A stretch of DNA of 60,260 nucleotides, the filler included. It is 5 parts of 5 records of this genome, joined end to end, with 100 filler letters (N's around TTAATTAATTAA, not from the genome) between each part and the next. Parts side by side here need not be neighbours in the genome. Positions count along the whole stretch, not along the records: positions 1 to 12,113 come from DRR723986_14334; 4 more parts are not named here. The stretch is one strand, 5' to 3'. Positions 1 to 9,657 of this stretch are shown piece by piece. The first letter of the stretch is position 1, and every line of letters begins with the position of its first letter. The notes beneath the pieces are model-generated. The model was given only the letters and a program-made list of their open reading frames with translations. It had not been told where the DNA came from and did not search any database. A program made the position numbers and the translations under genes.

Positions 1-837
1 GGGTGCCGAGCCTGAAATAAACAGCCGCATGTGCTGTGCCAGATCCTTGGTAAAGCGCGGGTCGCCCAGCAGGCGGGTGTAGAACGTCGGCACCCCCATC
101 ATGGTGGTGGCGCGGGGCATCCAAGTGATCAATTGATCTAAATCGAGCTTTGGCATGAACACCATGCTACCGCCCGCAGCCAATGTCACGTTGGTGGCCA
201 CAAACAGCCCGTGGGTGTGAAAAATGGGCAGGGCGTGCAGCAAAACATCATCTTGGGTAAACTGCCACTCGTTCACCAGCGTTTGGGTGTTAGACAGCAG
301 ATTGTTTTGCGTCAGCATTGCGCCCTTGGACCGCCCCGTTGTGCCCGATGTATAAAGAAACGCGGCCAGATCATCGGCCTCTCGCGCGACCGTTGCAAAG
401 CTTTGGGGCAATGGTGCTGCCAAATCCGCCAGGCTGCCGGTGCCATCGGCATTCAGGGTGCGCAGCTGTGCGCCCAGTCGCGTGGCAAGCGCGCCCAGTG
501 GCGCCAGTTTTGCGGTGTCGCAAATCACAAGCGCCGCTGCGCTGTTTTCGATGAAATAGCTCAATTCGTCCACTGTGTAGGCGGTGTTGAGCGGTAGAAA
601 TACCAGCCCGGCCTGTGCACAGGCGGCATAAAGCGCCAATGCCTGTGGCGATTTTTCCACCTGCACCGCCACCCGGTCGCCGGGGCGCAGGCCAAGTTTG
701 CTAAAGCCGTTGGCGTATTGCGCGGCTATGCCCAGAAATTGCTGATAGGTCACGACCTCGCCATTTGGCAGGTGTAAAAACGGCTTTGTTTGGCCTGCAT
801 GGCGGCCAAACAAACCGTCAAAAAGCGGATTGGGCAT
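1..837 (-). CDS. matB: Malonyl-CoA synthetase (5' part; runs off the window start)
   Basis: Manual minus-strand translation from ATG 837 gives MPNPLFDGLFG...VAVQVEKSPQ...FLPLNTAYT and the AMP-binding motif YTSGTTGRPKGAML. It lies directly after matA. Confidence 0.9.
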   Translation of the reverse strand, partial: MPNPLFDGLFGRHAGQTKPFLHLPNGEVVTYQQFLGIAAQYANGFSKLGLRPGDRVAVQVEKSPQALALYAACAQAGLVFLPLNTAYTVDELSYFIENSAAALVICDTAKLAPLGALATRLGAQLRTLNADGTGSLADLAAPLPQSFATVAREADDLAAFLYTSGTTGRSKGAMLTQNNLLSNTQTLVNEWQFTQDDVLLHALPIFHTHGLFVATNVTLAAGGSMVFMPKLDLDQLITWMPRATTMMGVPTFYTRLLGDPRFTKDLAQHMRLFISGSAP

Positions 838-841
838 CTGG

Positions 842-2101
842 TTACCTTTCTTCGACAGCCGATATCTGGGCCGTGCCTGCCAAGGCACGCACGTCAGCCG
901 AGGCCGTAACAGCATGTTTTGTAGCGAATTTTTCGTGGTTTTGTGCAACACGCTTTAGATCATAAAGATAGTTCACCATCGCGCCTGCAGATTGCGCCAT
1001 GCCATTGGCCGAGCTGTCGGCATTTCCATGCACCGCATGCACGATTGCCCCATTGCCTAGGTGAAACCGTGCCACCGGATCGTAAGGGGCGCCCGTGTTG
1101 TTTTTTGCATTCATCAGGTAATACGCAGCTGCCCTGCGAACCGCTTCTGGATCGGATCTATCCAATGCGTAACCCTGCTGGGAGAACCATTTGCAAAGCC
1201 CCGGAATTGGCGAAAGCGTGACAAAGGTTTTCAAACCAGGCAGTTCGGTTGCCAGATCTGCGGCCACTTGTTTGATCAGCGAGTTTCCAAAGGAAATGCT
1301 GGCCAACCCTGCCTGACAGTTGGAGATCGAATAAAACACGGCTGTATCGGCGTCTTGCGCGGCAATGGCAGTGCGGCCTTGCGCTAGTAGGGCCTGAACA
1401 GAATTGGGGGTTCCCTTGGTCAGGGCGACTTCGACGAAAATCAGCGGCTCGTCAGGCATTGCAGGGTGAAAAAACGCAAAGCATCGCCGGTCGGCAGGCT
1501 CGAGACGGTTGCGCAGATCATCCCAGCTGTCGATGGCGTGCACGGCCTCGTAGGCGATGATTTTTTCCAAAATATGCGCAGGGCTTTCCCAGCTGATTGG
1601 GCGAAGCACCAGAAAGCCGCGATTGAACCACGAGGCAAAAAGGTGCCTGAAATCCATGTCCAGCGCCTGTAGTTCGGGTTCATCGGCGCTAAGGCGCAGT
1701 AGATCTGCGCGCATTTTTACCAATGTGCCTGTGGCGCCGGGCACCCTGTTCAGGCGGCGCACCAGCTCTTGGCGGGATGGTTCGGCAGCTTCGCTGAACG
1801 CGCGGTAGGTTGCCCGTGAGGGCGCACGTTCATAGGCATCCAGTGCGGTGCGTGCCCTTTCGGGGTCAATGTTCATCGTTCGGGCGATATCGCGGAAAAA
1901 GTCTAACTTTTCGGTGTCATCCAGCAGCTTAAAACGGGCCATGATCTCTTCGGCCAAAGCGATCCCTGATGTTTCGCCTGCCGACCCAACCAGCTCTGCA
2001 GCCATCTCAACCAAGGGCCGGCCGTCTTTTGCGGCCTCTTGGCTTTCGCGCCTGTAACGGCGTTCGAAGACGGTAGAAAGTAGGTCGGCCAGCAATGTCA
2101 T
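842..2101 (-). CDS. matA: Malonyl-CoA decarboxylase
   Basis: Motifs EKIIAYEAVH, FYSISNCQ.GL..ISFGNSLIK, FVTLSPIPG and DPVARFHLGNGA. Confidence 0.95.
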   Translation of the reverse strand: MTLLADLLSTVFERRYRRESQEAAKDGRPLVEMAAELVGSAGETSGIALAEEIMARFKLLDDTEKLDFFRDIARTMNIDPERARTALDAYERAPSRATYRAFSEAAEPSRQELVRRLNRVPGATGTLVKMRADLLRLSADEPELQALDMDFRHLFASWFNRGFLVLRPISWESPAHILEKIIAYEAVHAIDSWDDLRNRLEPADRRCFAFFHPAMPDEPLIFVEVALTKGTPNSVQALLAQGRTAIAAQDADTAVFYSISNCQAGLASISFGNSLIKQVAADLATELPGLKTFVTLSPIPGLCKWFSQQGYALDRSDPEAVRRAAAYYLMNAKNNTGAPYDPVARFHLGNGAIVHAVHGNADSSANGMAQSAGAMVNYLYDLKRVAQNHEKFATKHAVTASADVRALAGTAQISAVEER

Positions 2102-3414
2102 ACCGCCGCCCCCATGACCAAGTCAGGCAACCATGTTGCCAATCCGGGGAACACGCAAAGCAAGATGATCGCCAGCACCATACAGGCCACATAGGGCAGC
2201 GACCCTAGAAGAATGGTCTTAAGCGAGATATCGGGCGCGATGCCGTTGATCACGTAAAGGTTTAACCCCACCGGCGGCGAAATCAGGCCGATTTCCATGT
2301 TAATGGTCAGCACAACCGCGAACCAAATCGGGTCAAATCCGGCAGTGGTGATGATGGGCAACAAGATAGGTGCGGCCATCAGGATGACTGCAACGGGCGG
2401 CAAAAAGAAGCCTGCGATCAGCAAAAAAACATTCACCGCCCCCATCAGCACCCAGCGGTTTACCTCTAATGTGCCGATCCATTGCGCGATCGATTGCGTG
2501 ATAAACAGCGATGACAGCATGTAAGAAAACACACCGGCCGCCGCGATGATGAACAAAATCATCACGCTTTCCTTGGTGCTGTCGCGCAGCACCACCCACA
2601 GGGCACCGGGGTGCCACAGTTTGTAGATGATCATCGCGATCAACAGGCACAGCAGCGCCCCAACAGCTGCGGTTTCCGATGGCGTGGCAATGCCGCCATA
2701 CATGGCATATAAAACACCCAGAATAATCGCCAGAAATGGCAGCACGCGCGGCAGAATTTCAAACCGCTCCGCCCATGTATAGCTGCCAGAACTTAGCCGT
2801 GTCGCATCACCCGATCGCCAGGTGGAATAAAGCGACCAGACCATGAACAGCCCAACCAGCATCAGGCCAGGAATAACCCCCGCCAAAAACAGCCGCCCGA
2901 TCGATGTTTCCGTCGCAATACCGTAAACGATCATCGTAACCGAGGGGGGGATCAGGATGCCAAGGGTGCCGCCTGCCGCAATCGAGCCCGCCGCCACGCC
3001 ATCGGGGTAGCCGCGTTTGCGCATCTCGGGGATGCCCATTTTGCCAATTGCCGCACAGGTTGCAGGGCTGGAACCAGACATGGCTGCGAAAAGTGCGCAA
3101 GCGCCCAGGTTTGACACAACCAAGCCGCCGGGAATGCGGGTTAACCAGCGCTCAAGCGCCTCGTATAGATCTGCGCCCGCGCGCGTCGAGGCAATGGATG
3201 ATCCCATGATGATGAACATCGGGATCGATAATAGGGCAAAGTTATCCAATTTGCCGAACAAGATTTCCGGCATCAACTCTAGCGAACGCGCCCCGTCAAA
3301 TACCAAAAGAAAGCCCGCAGAAACGATCAACAGCCCAAGGGCCACGGACACACCCGAAAAAAGCACCAAGATTGTGACGATGGCCACAATGCCACCCAAA
3401 AGAAGCGGATCCAT
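2098..3414 (-). CDS. matM: TRAP transporter large permease (DctM/MatM)
   Basis: 438-aa polytopic membrane protein with GTLGILIPPS and IGLISPPVGLNL motifs; part of the malonate operon. Confidence 0.9.
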   Translation of the reverse strand: MDPLLLGGIVAIVTILVLFSGVSVALGLLIVSAGFLLVFDGARSLELMPEILFGKLDNFALLSIPMFIIMGSSIASTRAGADLYEALERWLTRIPGGLVVSNLGACALFAAMSGSSPATCAAIGKMGIPEMRKRGYPDGVAAGSIAAGGTLGILIPPSVTMIVYGIATETSIGRLFLAGVIPGLMLVGLFMVWSLYSTWRSGDATRLSSGSYTWAERFEILPRVLPFLAIILGVLYAMYGGIATPSETAAVGALLCLLIAMIIYKLWHPGALWVVLRDSTKESVMILFIIAAAGVFSYMLSSLFITQSIAQWIGTLEVNRWVLMGAVNVFLLIAGFFLPPVAVILMAAPILLPIITTAGFDPIWFAVVLTINMEIGLISPPVGLNLYVINGIAPDISLKTILLGSLPYVACMVLAIILLCVFPGLATWLPDLVMGAAV

Positions 3415-3965
3415 CAGTTGTCCTCCAGGCCAAAGGGCTTATCGACGCCGGTAAGCAAGGCGACCAAATCAGCGATAAGCTGCAGCAGAAACAGGCCAAA
3501 GCCGACTGGAATGGCAAGGTAGGGTATCCACAGCTTTACCCCCCAAACCGTGTCTGATCGCCAGCCACGATCAAAGGCAAAGTGCCAGTATTCAAAGCCA
3601 AAATAGACCATCACTGCGACGATCGCGATTGATAGCGACAAGGTTATGACTGCTAAGATGAACCGCGCCCGGGGGCGCATTGAAAGCGGGATAAGATCAA
3701 CGTTCACATGGCCGCGCAAGCGCTGCACATAGGGCAGCCCGACAAGCGTTGCCGCGATCACCAAATAAATGACCGCTTCGGTTTGCCAAACGGTAGAGCC
3801 ATTCAAAACAAAGCGCACAACGATCATCTGGCAGGTAATGGCAACGGCGGCAACGATCATGCCTGCTGCACACCACCCCGCCAGCGTCGACAGGCCCGCC
3901 ACCAGTTTCAGAAAAGGATTGTTGCCGGTTCTTGCAGCGACGGCTTCGCTATGTCCTGCGGACAT
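3414..3965 (-). CDS. matQ: TRAP transporter small permease (DctQ/MatQ)
   Basis: About 4 TM helices and GHVNVD motif; lies between dctP and dctM. Start is ATG 3965 or GTG 3971. Confidence 0.88.
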   Translation of the reverse strand: MSAGHSEAVAARTGNNPFLKLVAGLSTLAGWCAAGMIVAAVAITCQMIVVRFVLNGSTVWQTEAVIYLVIAATLVGLPYVQRLRGHVNVDLIPLSMRPRARFILAVITLSLSIAIVAVMVYFGFEYWHFAFDRGWRSDTVWGVKLWIPYLAIPVGFGLFLLQLIADLVALLTGVDKPFGLEDN

Positions 3966-4032
3966 GGCCACCTCTTGTTTCGTGATTTAACTAAAGAGCA
4001 AAGGGGCAGCCAATAGGCCGCCCCGTCAAAGC

Positions 4033-5019
4033 TCACTCGACTGCCAGCGCCATATCCAGCAGCGCTTGCCCATCGGGGACTTCTTGCACAAATGCTTTGT
4101 ACGAGGTCTCTTGCGCCAGCTTCCGCCATGCGTCGAAATCGGCTGCGCTCATTTCTGCCAACTGAACACCGGCATCTGCAAAAACCTTGGCTGATGCGGC
4201 GTCTTCTTTCTTGGCCTCTTCCAGATAAAAGGCTTGCGCCTTTTCTGCCGCGGCGCGCAACGCGTTTTGTTGTGCCTCGCTCAAGCCGTCAAAGGTGCTC
4301 TTGTTCATCAACAGGGGCTGATACATGAACCACAGCGCATAATCGCCAGCAGGTGTATAGCAGGCCACCTGTTCATAGATGCGATAGCTGACAAAAGACG
4401 ACGAGCTGGTATTGGCCGCCTGCAACACGCCTGTTTGCATCGCGTTGTAGATCTCAGATGATGCCATCGATGCAATCGATGCACCAGCACCCGCCAGCAT
4501 TTGTTCAAAGGATTTGCCCGCCGCACGCGTTTGCAAGCCTGCTACGTCCTCGGGTTTGGTGATGCATTTGTCTTTGCCCACGAAACCACCTGCCAGATAG
4601 CCATGCACCAGAACCATCACGTCGTCTTCGGCCATTTTCGCTTCCAAAGCTTTCATGAATGGCGAGGCAGAAAGGCGCGCGGCGTGATCATGGTTTTTCA
4701 CCAGGCCGGGCATCAGTGTAAGGTTATATGCGGGTTGTTGGCCGCCCGCATAGCTGAGCGGAAGAACAGTCATATCCAGCTGTCCGCGGCTTAGGGGTTT
4801 GTATTGCTCGCGCGGTTTGAACAGCGATTTCGAGCCAAAGATCTTGATTTCCAGATCAACGCCTGCAGCGGCTACCTCGTCGGCTACGATTTGGGCCACT
4901 TTGTGGCGAACGTCCTTGTTTGACCATTGATGCGACAGGCGCAGTTCGGTCGCACTTGCCGCTGAACCGAGCGCGCATAGTGCAAGGGCCGCTACGGCGG
5001 ACTTTAATTTGACTTTCAT
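4033..5019 (-). CDS. matP: TRAP substrate-binding protein (DctP/MatP)
   Basis: Signal peptide MKVKLKSAVAALALCA after SD GGAGG; DctP-like PEDVAGLQTR and EIYNAMQTGV. Confidence 0.88.
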   Translation of the reverse strand: MKVKLKSAVAALALCALGSAASATELRLSHQWSNKDVRHKVAQIVADEVAAAGVDLEIKIFGSKSLFKPREQYKPLSRGQLDMTVLPLSYAGGQQPAYNLTLMPGLVKNHDHAARLSASPFMKALEAKMAEDDVMVLVHGYLAGGFVGKDKCITKPEDVAGLQTRAAGKSFEQMLAGAGASIASMASSEIYNAMQTGVLQAANTSSSSFVSYRIYEQVACYTPAGDYALWFMYQPLLMNKSTFDGLSEAQQNALRAAAEKAQAFYLEEAKKEDAASAKVFADAGVQLAEMSAADFDAWRKLAQETSYKAFVQEVPDGQALLDMALAVE

Positions 5020-5097
5020 GTCTTCCTCCCTAGAAAACCCGCCCGGTGTATGCCGGTGGAACGTTAACCCTAGCCTGAATGTTTTTTCAGTCAATGT

Positions 5098-5111
5098 TTT
5101 TGTATACAAGA
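5098..5111. promoter_or_regulatory. GntR/MatR operator palindrome (TTGTATACAA core)
   Basis: The minus strand reads TCTTGTATACAAAA, between divergent matP and gntR. It closely resembles the rhizobial MatR operator as I recall it (TCTTGTATACACGA). Confidence 0.75.
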
Positions 5112-5155
5112 TCTGATATCTTGAATTTCAATCAATCCTTGCGTATCTAAACCCC

Positions 5156-5821
5156 ATGGATGTTCGGCACGCAGATATCATTACGCAACAGATCGAAGAG
5201 CGGATATTTAACGGCCGCTATCAAGACGGTGATCGTTTGGATGAGGTGAAACTGGCAGAGCAGTTTCAAGTATCTCGAACACCAATTCGTGAAGCTTTGC
5301 AAAGACTTGCCCGATCTGGCCTGATCCAGCTGGTGCCCCGCCGCGGGGCGTTTGTGCGCCAGCCTGGCCCGGTCGAATTGATCGAAATGTTCGAGGTCAT
5401 GGCCGAATTCGAAGCAATCTGCGGGCGTTTGGCGGCCACGCGGATTTCTGATGAAGCACTGGCAGATCTTTTTGCAGCGAACGAGAACTGTCAGGCGGCG
5501 GTCGATGCAGGCGACCCGGATGCCTATTATTTCGAGAACGAGCGTTTCCACCACATCATCTATCGTGAATCTGGCAACGAATTTTTAACGACGGAAACCA
5601 CCAACCTGCACCGCCGGCTTCAGCCATTCCGACGCCAACAGTTGCGCTTGCGCGGCCGGATGGAACAGTCGATGGCCGAGCACCGCGCAATTTTGGACGC
5701 GTTGGAAAAAGGGAACCCAGAGACAGCAGCGCAGGCTTTGCGCAGTCATGTGGCCATTCAAGGTGAAAAATTTTACCGTCTTGCAGCAACACTCAAGGCG
5801 CAGACCCCGGAAAAAAGATAA
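5156..5821 (+). CDS. matR: GntR/FCD-family transcriptional regulator (MatR-like)
   Basis: HTH LAEQFQVSRTPIREAL plus FCD domain; divergent from the malonate operon. Confidence 0.85.
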   Translation: MDVRHADIITQQIEERIFNGRYQDGDRLDEVKLAEQFQVSRTPIREALQRLARSGLIQLVPRRGAFVRQPGPVELIEMFEVMAEFEAICGRLAATRISDEALADLFAANENCQAAVDAGDPDAYYFENERFHHIIYRESGNEFLTTETTNLHRRLQPFRRQQLRLRGRMEQSMAEHRAILDALEKGNPETAAQALRSHVAIQGEKFYRLAATLKAQTPEKR

Positions 5822-5908
5822 GCGCTGTGGCGGCCTGACCTGCGCCTTGATGGTGCTGTCAGAAAGACCTTGGTTGAAACATGGCAGCCCCCCTCAAGCC
5901 CCTGCAGA

Positions 5909-7714
5909 TCATCCGGTTGGCATGAATACTGGGCCAAAAATTGTGACGATCCCTATAAGAAGCAGTAGCAACCGCCTCGCTGCGCCAAGCCTTGCAATCA
6001 CGGCATAGGACAAGGCGGCAAGACCCAAGCCAATTGCCAATGCCGCGACCACAGCGCCAAAGGGATCAGACGGCAGGGCGATCAGCGCCGGCCATGTGAT
6101 CATGCCCAGCGGTATCAGATAGAGCCCGAGACCTAGCGCCATCGCGGTCAGCGCGACCTTGATCCAGTTTTCCTCGATCATCCCGGATGCAATGAACACT
6201 GCGCCGCAAACCGGGGGGGTGATGGTGGACAACAAGGCAAACCAGAACACGAACAGATGCGCCTGTAGCGGTTCGAGGCCAAGCTTCATAAGCGCGGGGC
6301 CTGCTACTGATACGCAGATCACATAGGCGGCTGTCGTGGGCACCTCCATGCCCAGGATTAGGCAGGCAAGCGCGGTCAGCAACAGCGAGGCCCATAGCGC
6401 GCCGCCCGAGCTTTTGAGGATCACCGAGGTAATCTTTACCCCAAGCCCGGTTGCGCCAAGAACGCCAATAACGATGGAGGCACAAAAGATGATCGAGGCA
6501 ATCATTGCTACCTGCCGCGACGCAGTCAGCAAAGCAAGCGCGATGCGCCCGCTGGTGCGCGCCCAGTTAAAGCTTAATTGCCCATCGATGCACAGCAAAA
6601 GCGCACCCGCAACAATAGCAAGGCAGGCGGCATATTGCGGCGTGAACCCCCACCAAAACATCCCAAGAAGCAACAGCGTAAAGGGCACAAGGAAAAAAAG
6701 CGACGTCACGATGACATCGCGTGCGGCAGGGTGATCTTCCTTGGCGAGCCCGTGCAGCGTAAACCGCGTCGCATAGGCATTGATACCGGTCCACACGGCC
6801 CAGAAATAGAGCAGGGCAGGCAAAAACGCCGCCCCCATGATCTGCGTATAGGGTGTGGCTGTAAGCTCGACCATCACAAAGGCGCCGGCCCCCATCAGCG
6901 GCGGCATGATCTGCCCACCCGAGCTGGCGACGGCCTCGACGCCGGCAGCAAGGCGCTTGGGGTAGCCCAGGCGCACCATGGCGGGCAGGGTGATGGCGCC
7001 GGTCGAGGCGACATTGGCGCTGGCCGAGCCCGAGATCGACCCGAAAAGCGCCGAGGAAATTACCGATACCTTGGCAGCACCTCCGGTCAGGCGCCCTGCC
7101 GCGGCGGCCGCGACGTTCATAAAGCCTTGCCCGGCCTCCCCGGCGTTCAGCACGGCGCCGAAGATCACAAAGATCGACACCACGCCCACAGAGACTGCGG
7201 TGAGACTGCCCCAGATGCCCCCCTCGGCGATGGTCATAGTGCCCAGAAACGACCGCAGGGGCATGCCTGAATGGCCGAATTCACCGGGGATATGCGCGCC
7301 AAAAAACGCATAGATCAGGGCAAAGATGGCCACCAGTGGCAAGGGCCAGCCTATCGCGCGCCGCGCCGCCTCGATCACCACCGCAAGAAGGGCGAAACCG
7401 ATCCAGACCTGTGCGGGGGTTTCGAGAAACCCATATTGATCTGCCAATATGTTGGCGTTCCACGCAACCCAGATCGCGGCGCCCATGCCGATGGCGCACA
7501 GCAAAGCGCCTGAAAGCAATGCCCAGCGCCCGGTTTTCCCGAAAAGAAACACCCAAGGCAGGATAAGCGCCAGGTGAAGGGGCCGGCTGACGAGGTTGGG
7601 CACAAGCCCCGAAAAGATCAGCCCGATGTGAAACAGCACAAGCACAAGCGCGAACAAAAGCCAGCCCCATTTCAGCGCCCGGCTTTCGGGCGGGTCGTCA
7701 AGCGCGTTCATCAT
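5909..7714 (-). CDS. TRAP fused 4TM/12TM permease (TAXI-type)
   Basis: Motifs GGQIMPPLMGAGAF, ILGMEVPTTAAY and ITPPVC; adjacent to a TAXI receptor. Confidence 0.9.
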   Translation of the reverse strand: MMNALDDPPESRALKWGWLLFALVLVLFHIGLIFSGLVPNLVSRPLHLALILPWVFLFGKTGRWALLSGALLCAIGMGAAIWVAWNANILADQYGFLETPAQVWIGFALLAVVIEAARRAIGWPLPLVAIFALIYAFFGAHIPGEFGHSGMPLRSFLGTMTIAEGGIWGSLTAVSVGVVSIFVIFGAVLNAGEAGQGFMNVAAAAAGRLTGGAAKVSVISSALFGSISGSASANVASTGAITLPAMVRLGYPKRLAAGVEAVASSGGQIMPPLMGAGAFVMVELTATPYTQIMGAAFLPALLYFWAVWTGINAYATRFTLHGLAKEDHPAARDVIVTSLFFLVPFTLLLLGMFWWGFTPQYAACLAIVAGALLLCIDGQLSFNWARTSGRIALALLTASRQVAMIASIIFCASIVIGVLGATGLGVKITSVILKSSGGALWASLLLTALACLILGMEVPTTAAYVICVSVAGPALMKLGLEPLQAHLFVFWFALLSTITPPVCGAVFIASGMIEENWIKVALTAMALGLGLYLIPLGMITWPALIALPSDPFGAVVAALAIGLGLAALSYAVIARLGAARRLLLLLIGIVTIFGPVFMPTG

Positions 7715-7780
7715 TCACCCCTGTAAAAGGGCCGGGCAGTTTCTGGCCCGACCCTATCGCCGTTGCATGGATCCCAGGTG

Positions 7781-8740
7781 TTACTTTTGCGCGTCGCTCA
7801 GGGTGATGCCGGCCTCTTCGTAGTAGCGGATGGCGCCGGGGTGAATTTTGCCGCTGATGTTGCTCATCAATCCGGTGTCCACGCCCCCCCACCATGCGGC
7901 GGCTTTGGCCATGTCGCCCTTGCTTTCCCAAAAGGTCTTGGTCAGCTGATAGGCTGCCTCGTCATCCATCTTGGTCGTCGTGTAGGTTACAACGGGCAGC
8001 GAGGTGGTCACGATGTCCTCTGTCTGGCCGGCGTAGGTTCCAGCAGGAATGACCAGGCGGGTGCGTTTTGTTTGGGCAACCTGCTCATCGCTCAGCGATA
8101 AAACGGTTACACCGGTCGATGCGGCCGCCTCGACCACATTCGGTGCCGGCCAAGACCCCGCGGTCACAAAGCCGTCGATCTGGCCGTTTTTCAGGGCTGC
8201 CACGGCATTGGAAAGTTCTGCATCCGCAATGTTAACTTTGCCCTCAAGGCCGAAAAGTTCAAGATATTTGGCCCCTTCGCGCGCCCCAAAGCTGCCTTTG
8301 CCAAGCAGTATTGATTTGCCTTCCAAACCTGCGAAATCGGTCACGCCGCTATCTGCCGACATGACAAAATGCATGGTCAGTGACGGAATTGGAAAGAGCG
8401 CACGAATCTCATCAAAAGCGGGGTCGCCTTTGCCCTCGAACATCGCCTTGCCGCCTTGTGCCAGTCGCACCAGAACCGGGGGCGTTGTAAACACATAGTC
8501 GGCACCGCGGGCGCGCACCTCCATCACGTTTTGAACCGAGCCCTGGCCCTCTTCCACAGTCACTATGATATCGCCACCTGACCCCGCTTTCATCGCCTCA
8601 GATATCTGAACGCCCATCTGATAGTATGACGTGCCCGCCTTGGCGGATTTGTAGGTGATGCGCGTTTCGGCATGGCTTGCACCTGCCAACATTGCAGAAA
8701 CAATGGCCGTTGCGGCAATGAATGTTTTGGTGTGGAACAT
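7781..8740 (-). CDS. TAXI-family TRAP solute-binding protein
   Basis: Signal peptide, GTSYYQMG, GSVQN, LKNGQIDG and C-terminal IHPGAIRYYEE. Confidence 0.9.
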   Translation of the reverse strand: MFHTKTFIAATAIVSAMLAGASHAETRITYKSAKAGTSYYQMGVQISEAMKAGSGGDIIVTVEEGQGSVQNVMEVRARGADYVFTTPPVLVRLAQGGKAMFEGKGDPAFDEIRALFPIPSLTMHFVMSADSGVTDFAGLEGKSILLGKGSFGAREGAKYLELFGLEGKVNIADAELSNAVAALKNGQIDGFVTAGSWPAPNVVEAAASTGVTVLSLSDEQVAQTKRTRLVIPAGTYAGQTEDIVTTSLPVVTYTTTKMDDEAAYQLTKTFWESKGDMAKAAAWWGGVDTGLMSNISGKIHPGAIRYYEEAGITLSDAQK

Positions 8741-8757
8741 CTGTTTTCTCCCTCTGT

Positions 8758-8793
8758 TGGTCAAAGACCATCATGGTTTGACCATTCGGTCAA
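8758..8793. promoter_or_regulatory. Cluster of overlapping palindromes upstream of the TAXI gene; probable FadR/GntR-type operators
   Basis: TGGTC-AAA-GACCA (8758-8770), ATGGT-TTG-ACCAT (8773-8785) and TTGACC-ATTC-GGTCAA (8778-8793). Confidence 0.55.
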
Positions 8794-9149
8794 TTGTTCT
8801 TTCAGGTGCAAATTGCATCTGGGCACAGAGGTTCTTTGCGGCGTGTGCACCTGCCGGCTAATGGCGCGCAAGATATGTGTATCGTGGGTGTTGTCGTGGC
8901 AGGGCAGGTCATCGGCGGGTGGCAGGCCCTTAGGGTATCTGCCCTACTTGCCAAACTGTAATGCCGCTGGGGTGAACGGATCTGGTAAACCATCACCCCA
9001 TTGCGCCTTGCATAATTTCACCAGAATGTTTGCTTGGGGCAGCTTTCCACCACGCATGCCTAGATTGCGTGTTGGGTTTTTTCCAAAAGGGGCGGTTAAC
9101 CCCGCGTTTTGGCCTAAAAATATGATAAATAATACCTATTCGGCATTCA

Positions 9150-9161
9150 CATCACCCACCA
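9150..9161 (+). mobile_element. Possible att site: duplicated 3' end of tRNA-Val(TAC), CATCACCCACCA
   Basis: Matches the 3' terminus of bacterial tRNA-Val(TAC) with no tRNA body upstream. It lies at a visible composition change between accessory transport genes and core genes. Confidence 0.4.
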
Positions 9162-9265
9162 TTCTTCTCAATTCCCCACCAAACATGTGTTATCTTGCGC
9201 CTTGCGGTTTTGCGCGCTAACCGGGGTGTGGAACGCGGCATGGGCCGCTTGGGAAAGGACATTTC

Positions 9266-9607
9266 ATGATCGAACGTTTTGAAACTGGCACCCGCATGAG
9301 CCAAGCCGTCAAATACAATGGCACGTTGTATCTGGCAGGCCAGGTGGGCGAGGGCGAAACCGTTGCCGCACAAACCGCCGATTGCCTGGCCAGCGTTGAA
9401 CGCCTGCTGGCCGCCAATGGCAGCAGCAAAGAGCAGATTCTATCGACCACCATTTGGATGGCAGATATGGCCGATTTTGCCGAAATGAACGCGGTATGGG
9501 ATGCTTGGGTGCCTGCCGGCCACGCGCCTGCGCGCGCCACGGGCGAGGCCAAGTTGGCGGCGCCAAAATACCGTGTTGAAATCATCGTCGTGGCCGCCTG
9601 CGCCTAA
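9266..9607 (+). CDS. RidA/YjgF/Rid-family protein
   Basis: LYLAGQV, FAEMNAVWDAWV...PARAT and VEIIVVA. Confidence 0.92.
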   Translation: MIERFETGTRMSQAVKYNGTLYLAGQVGEGETVAAQTADCLASVERLLAANGSSKEQILSTTIWMADMADFAEMNAVWDAWVPAGHAPARATGEAKLAAPKYRVEIIVVAACA

Positions 9608-9633
9608 GCAGCGGGTATTAATCATAGCCAATC

Positions 9634-9657
9634 AGGGCGGCAAAAGCCGCCCTTTTT
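9634..9657 (+). terminator. Intrinsic terminator between convergent ridA and rluE
   Basis: AGGGCGGC-AAAA-GCCGCCCT followed by TTTT. Confidence 0.8.

Noticed and set aside
6880-7260. Apparently higher-GC patch inside the TAXI permease gene (possible mosaic)
   Set aside because: Judged by eye only, and it coincides with an Ala/Gly-rich conserved segment. It cannot be supported without a GC3 calculation.
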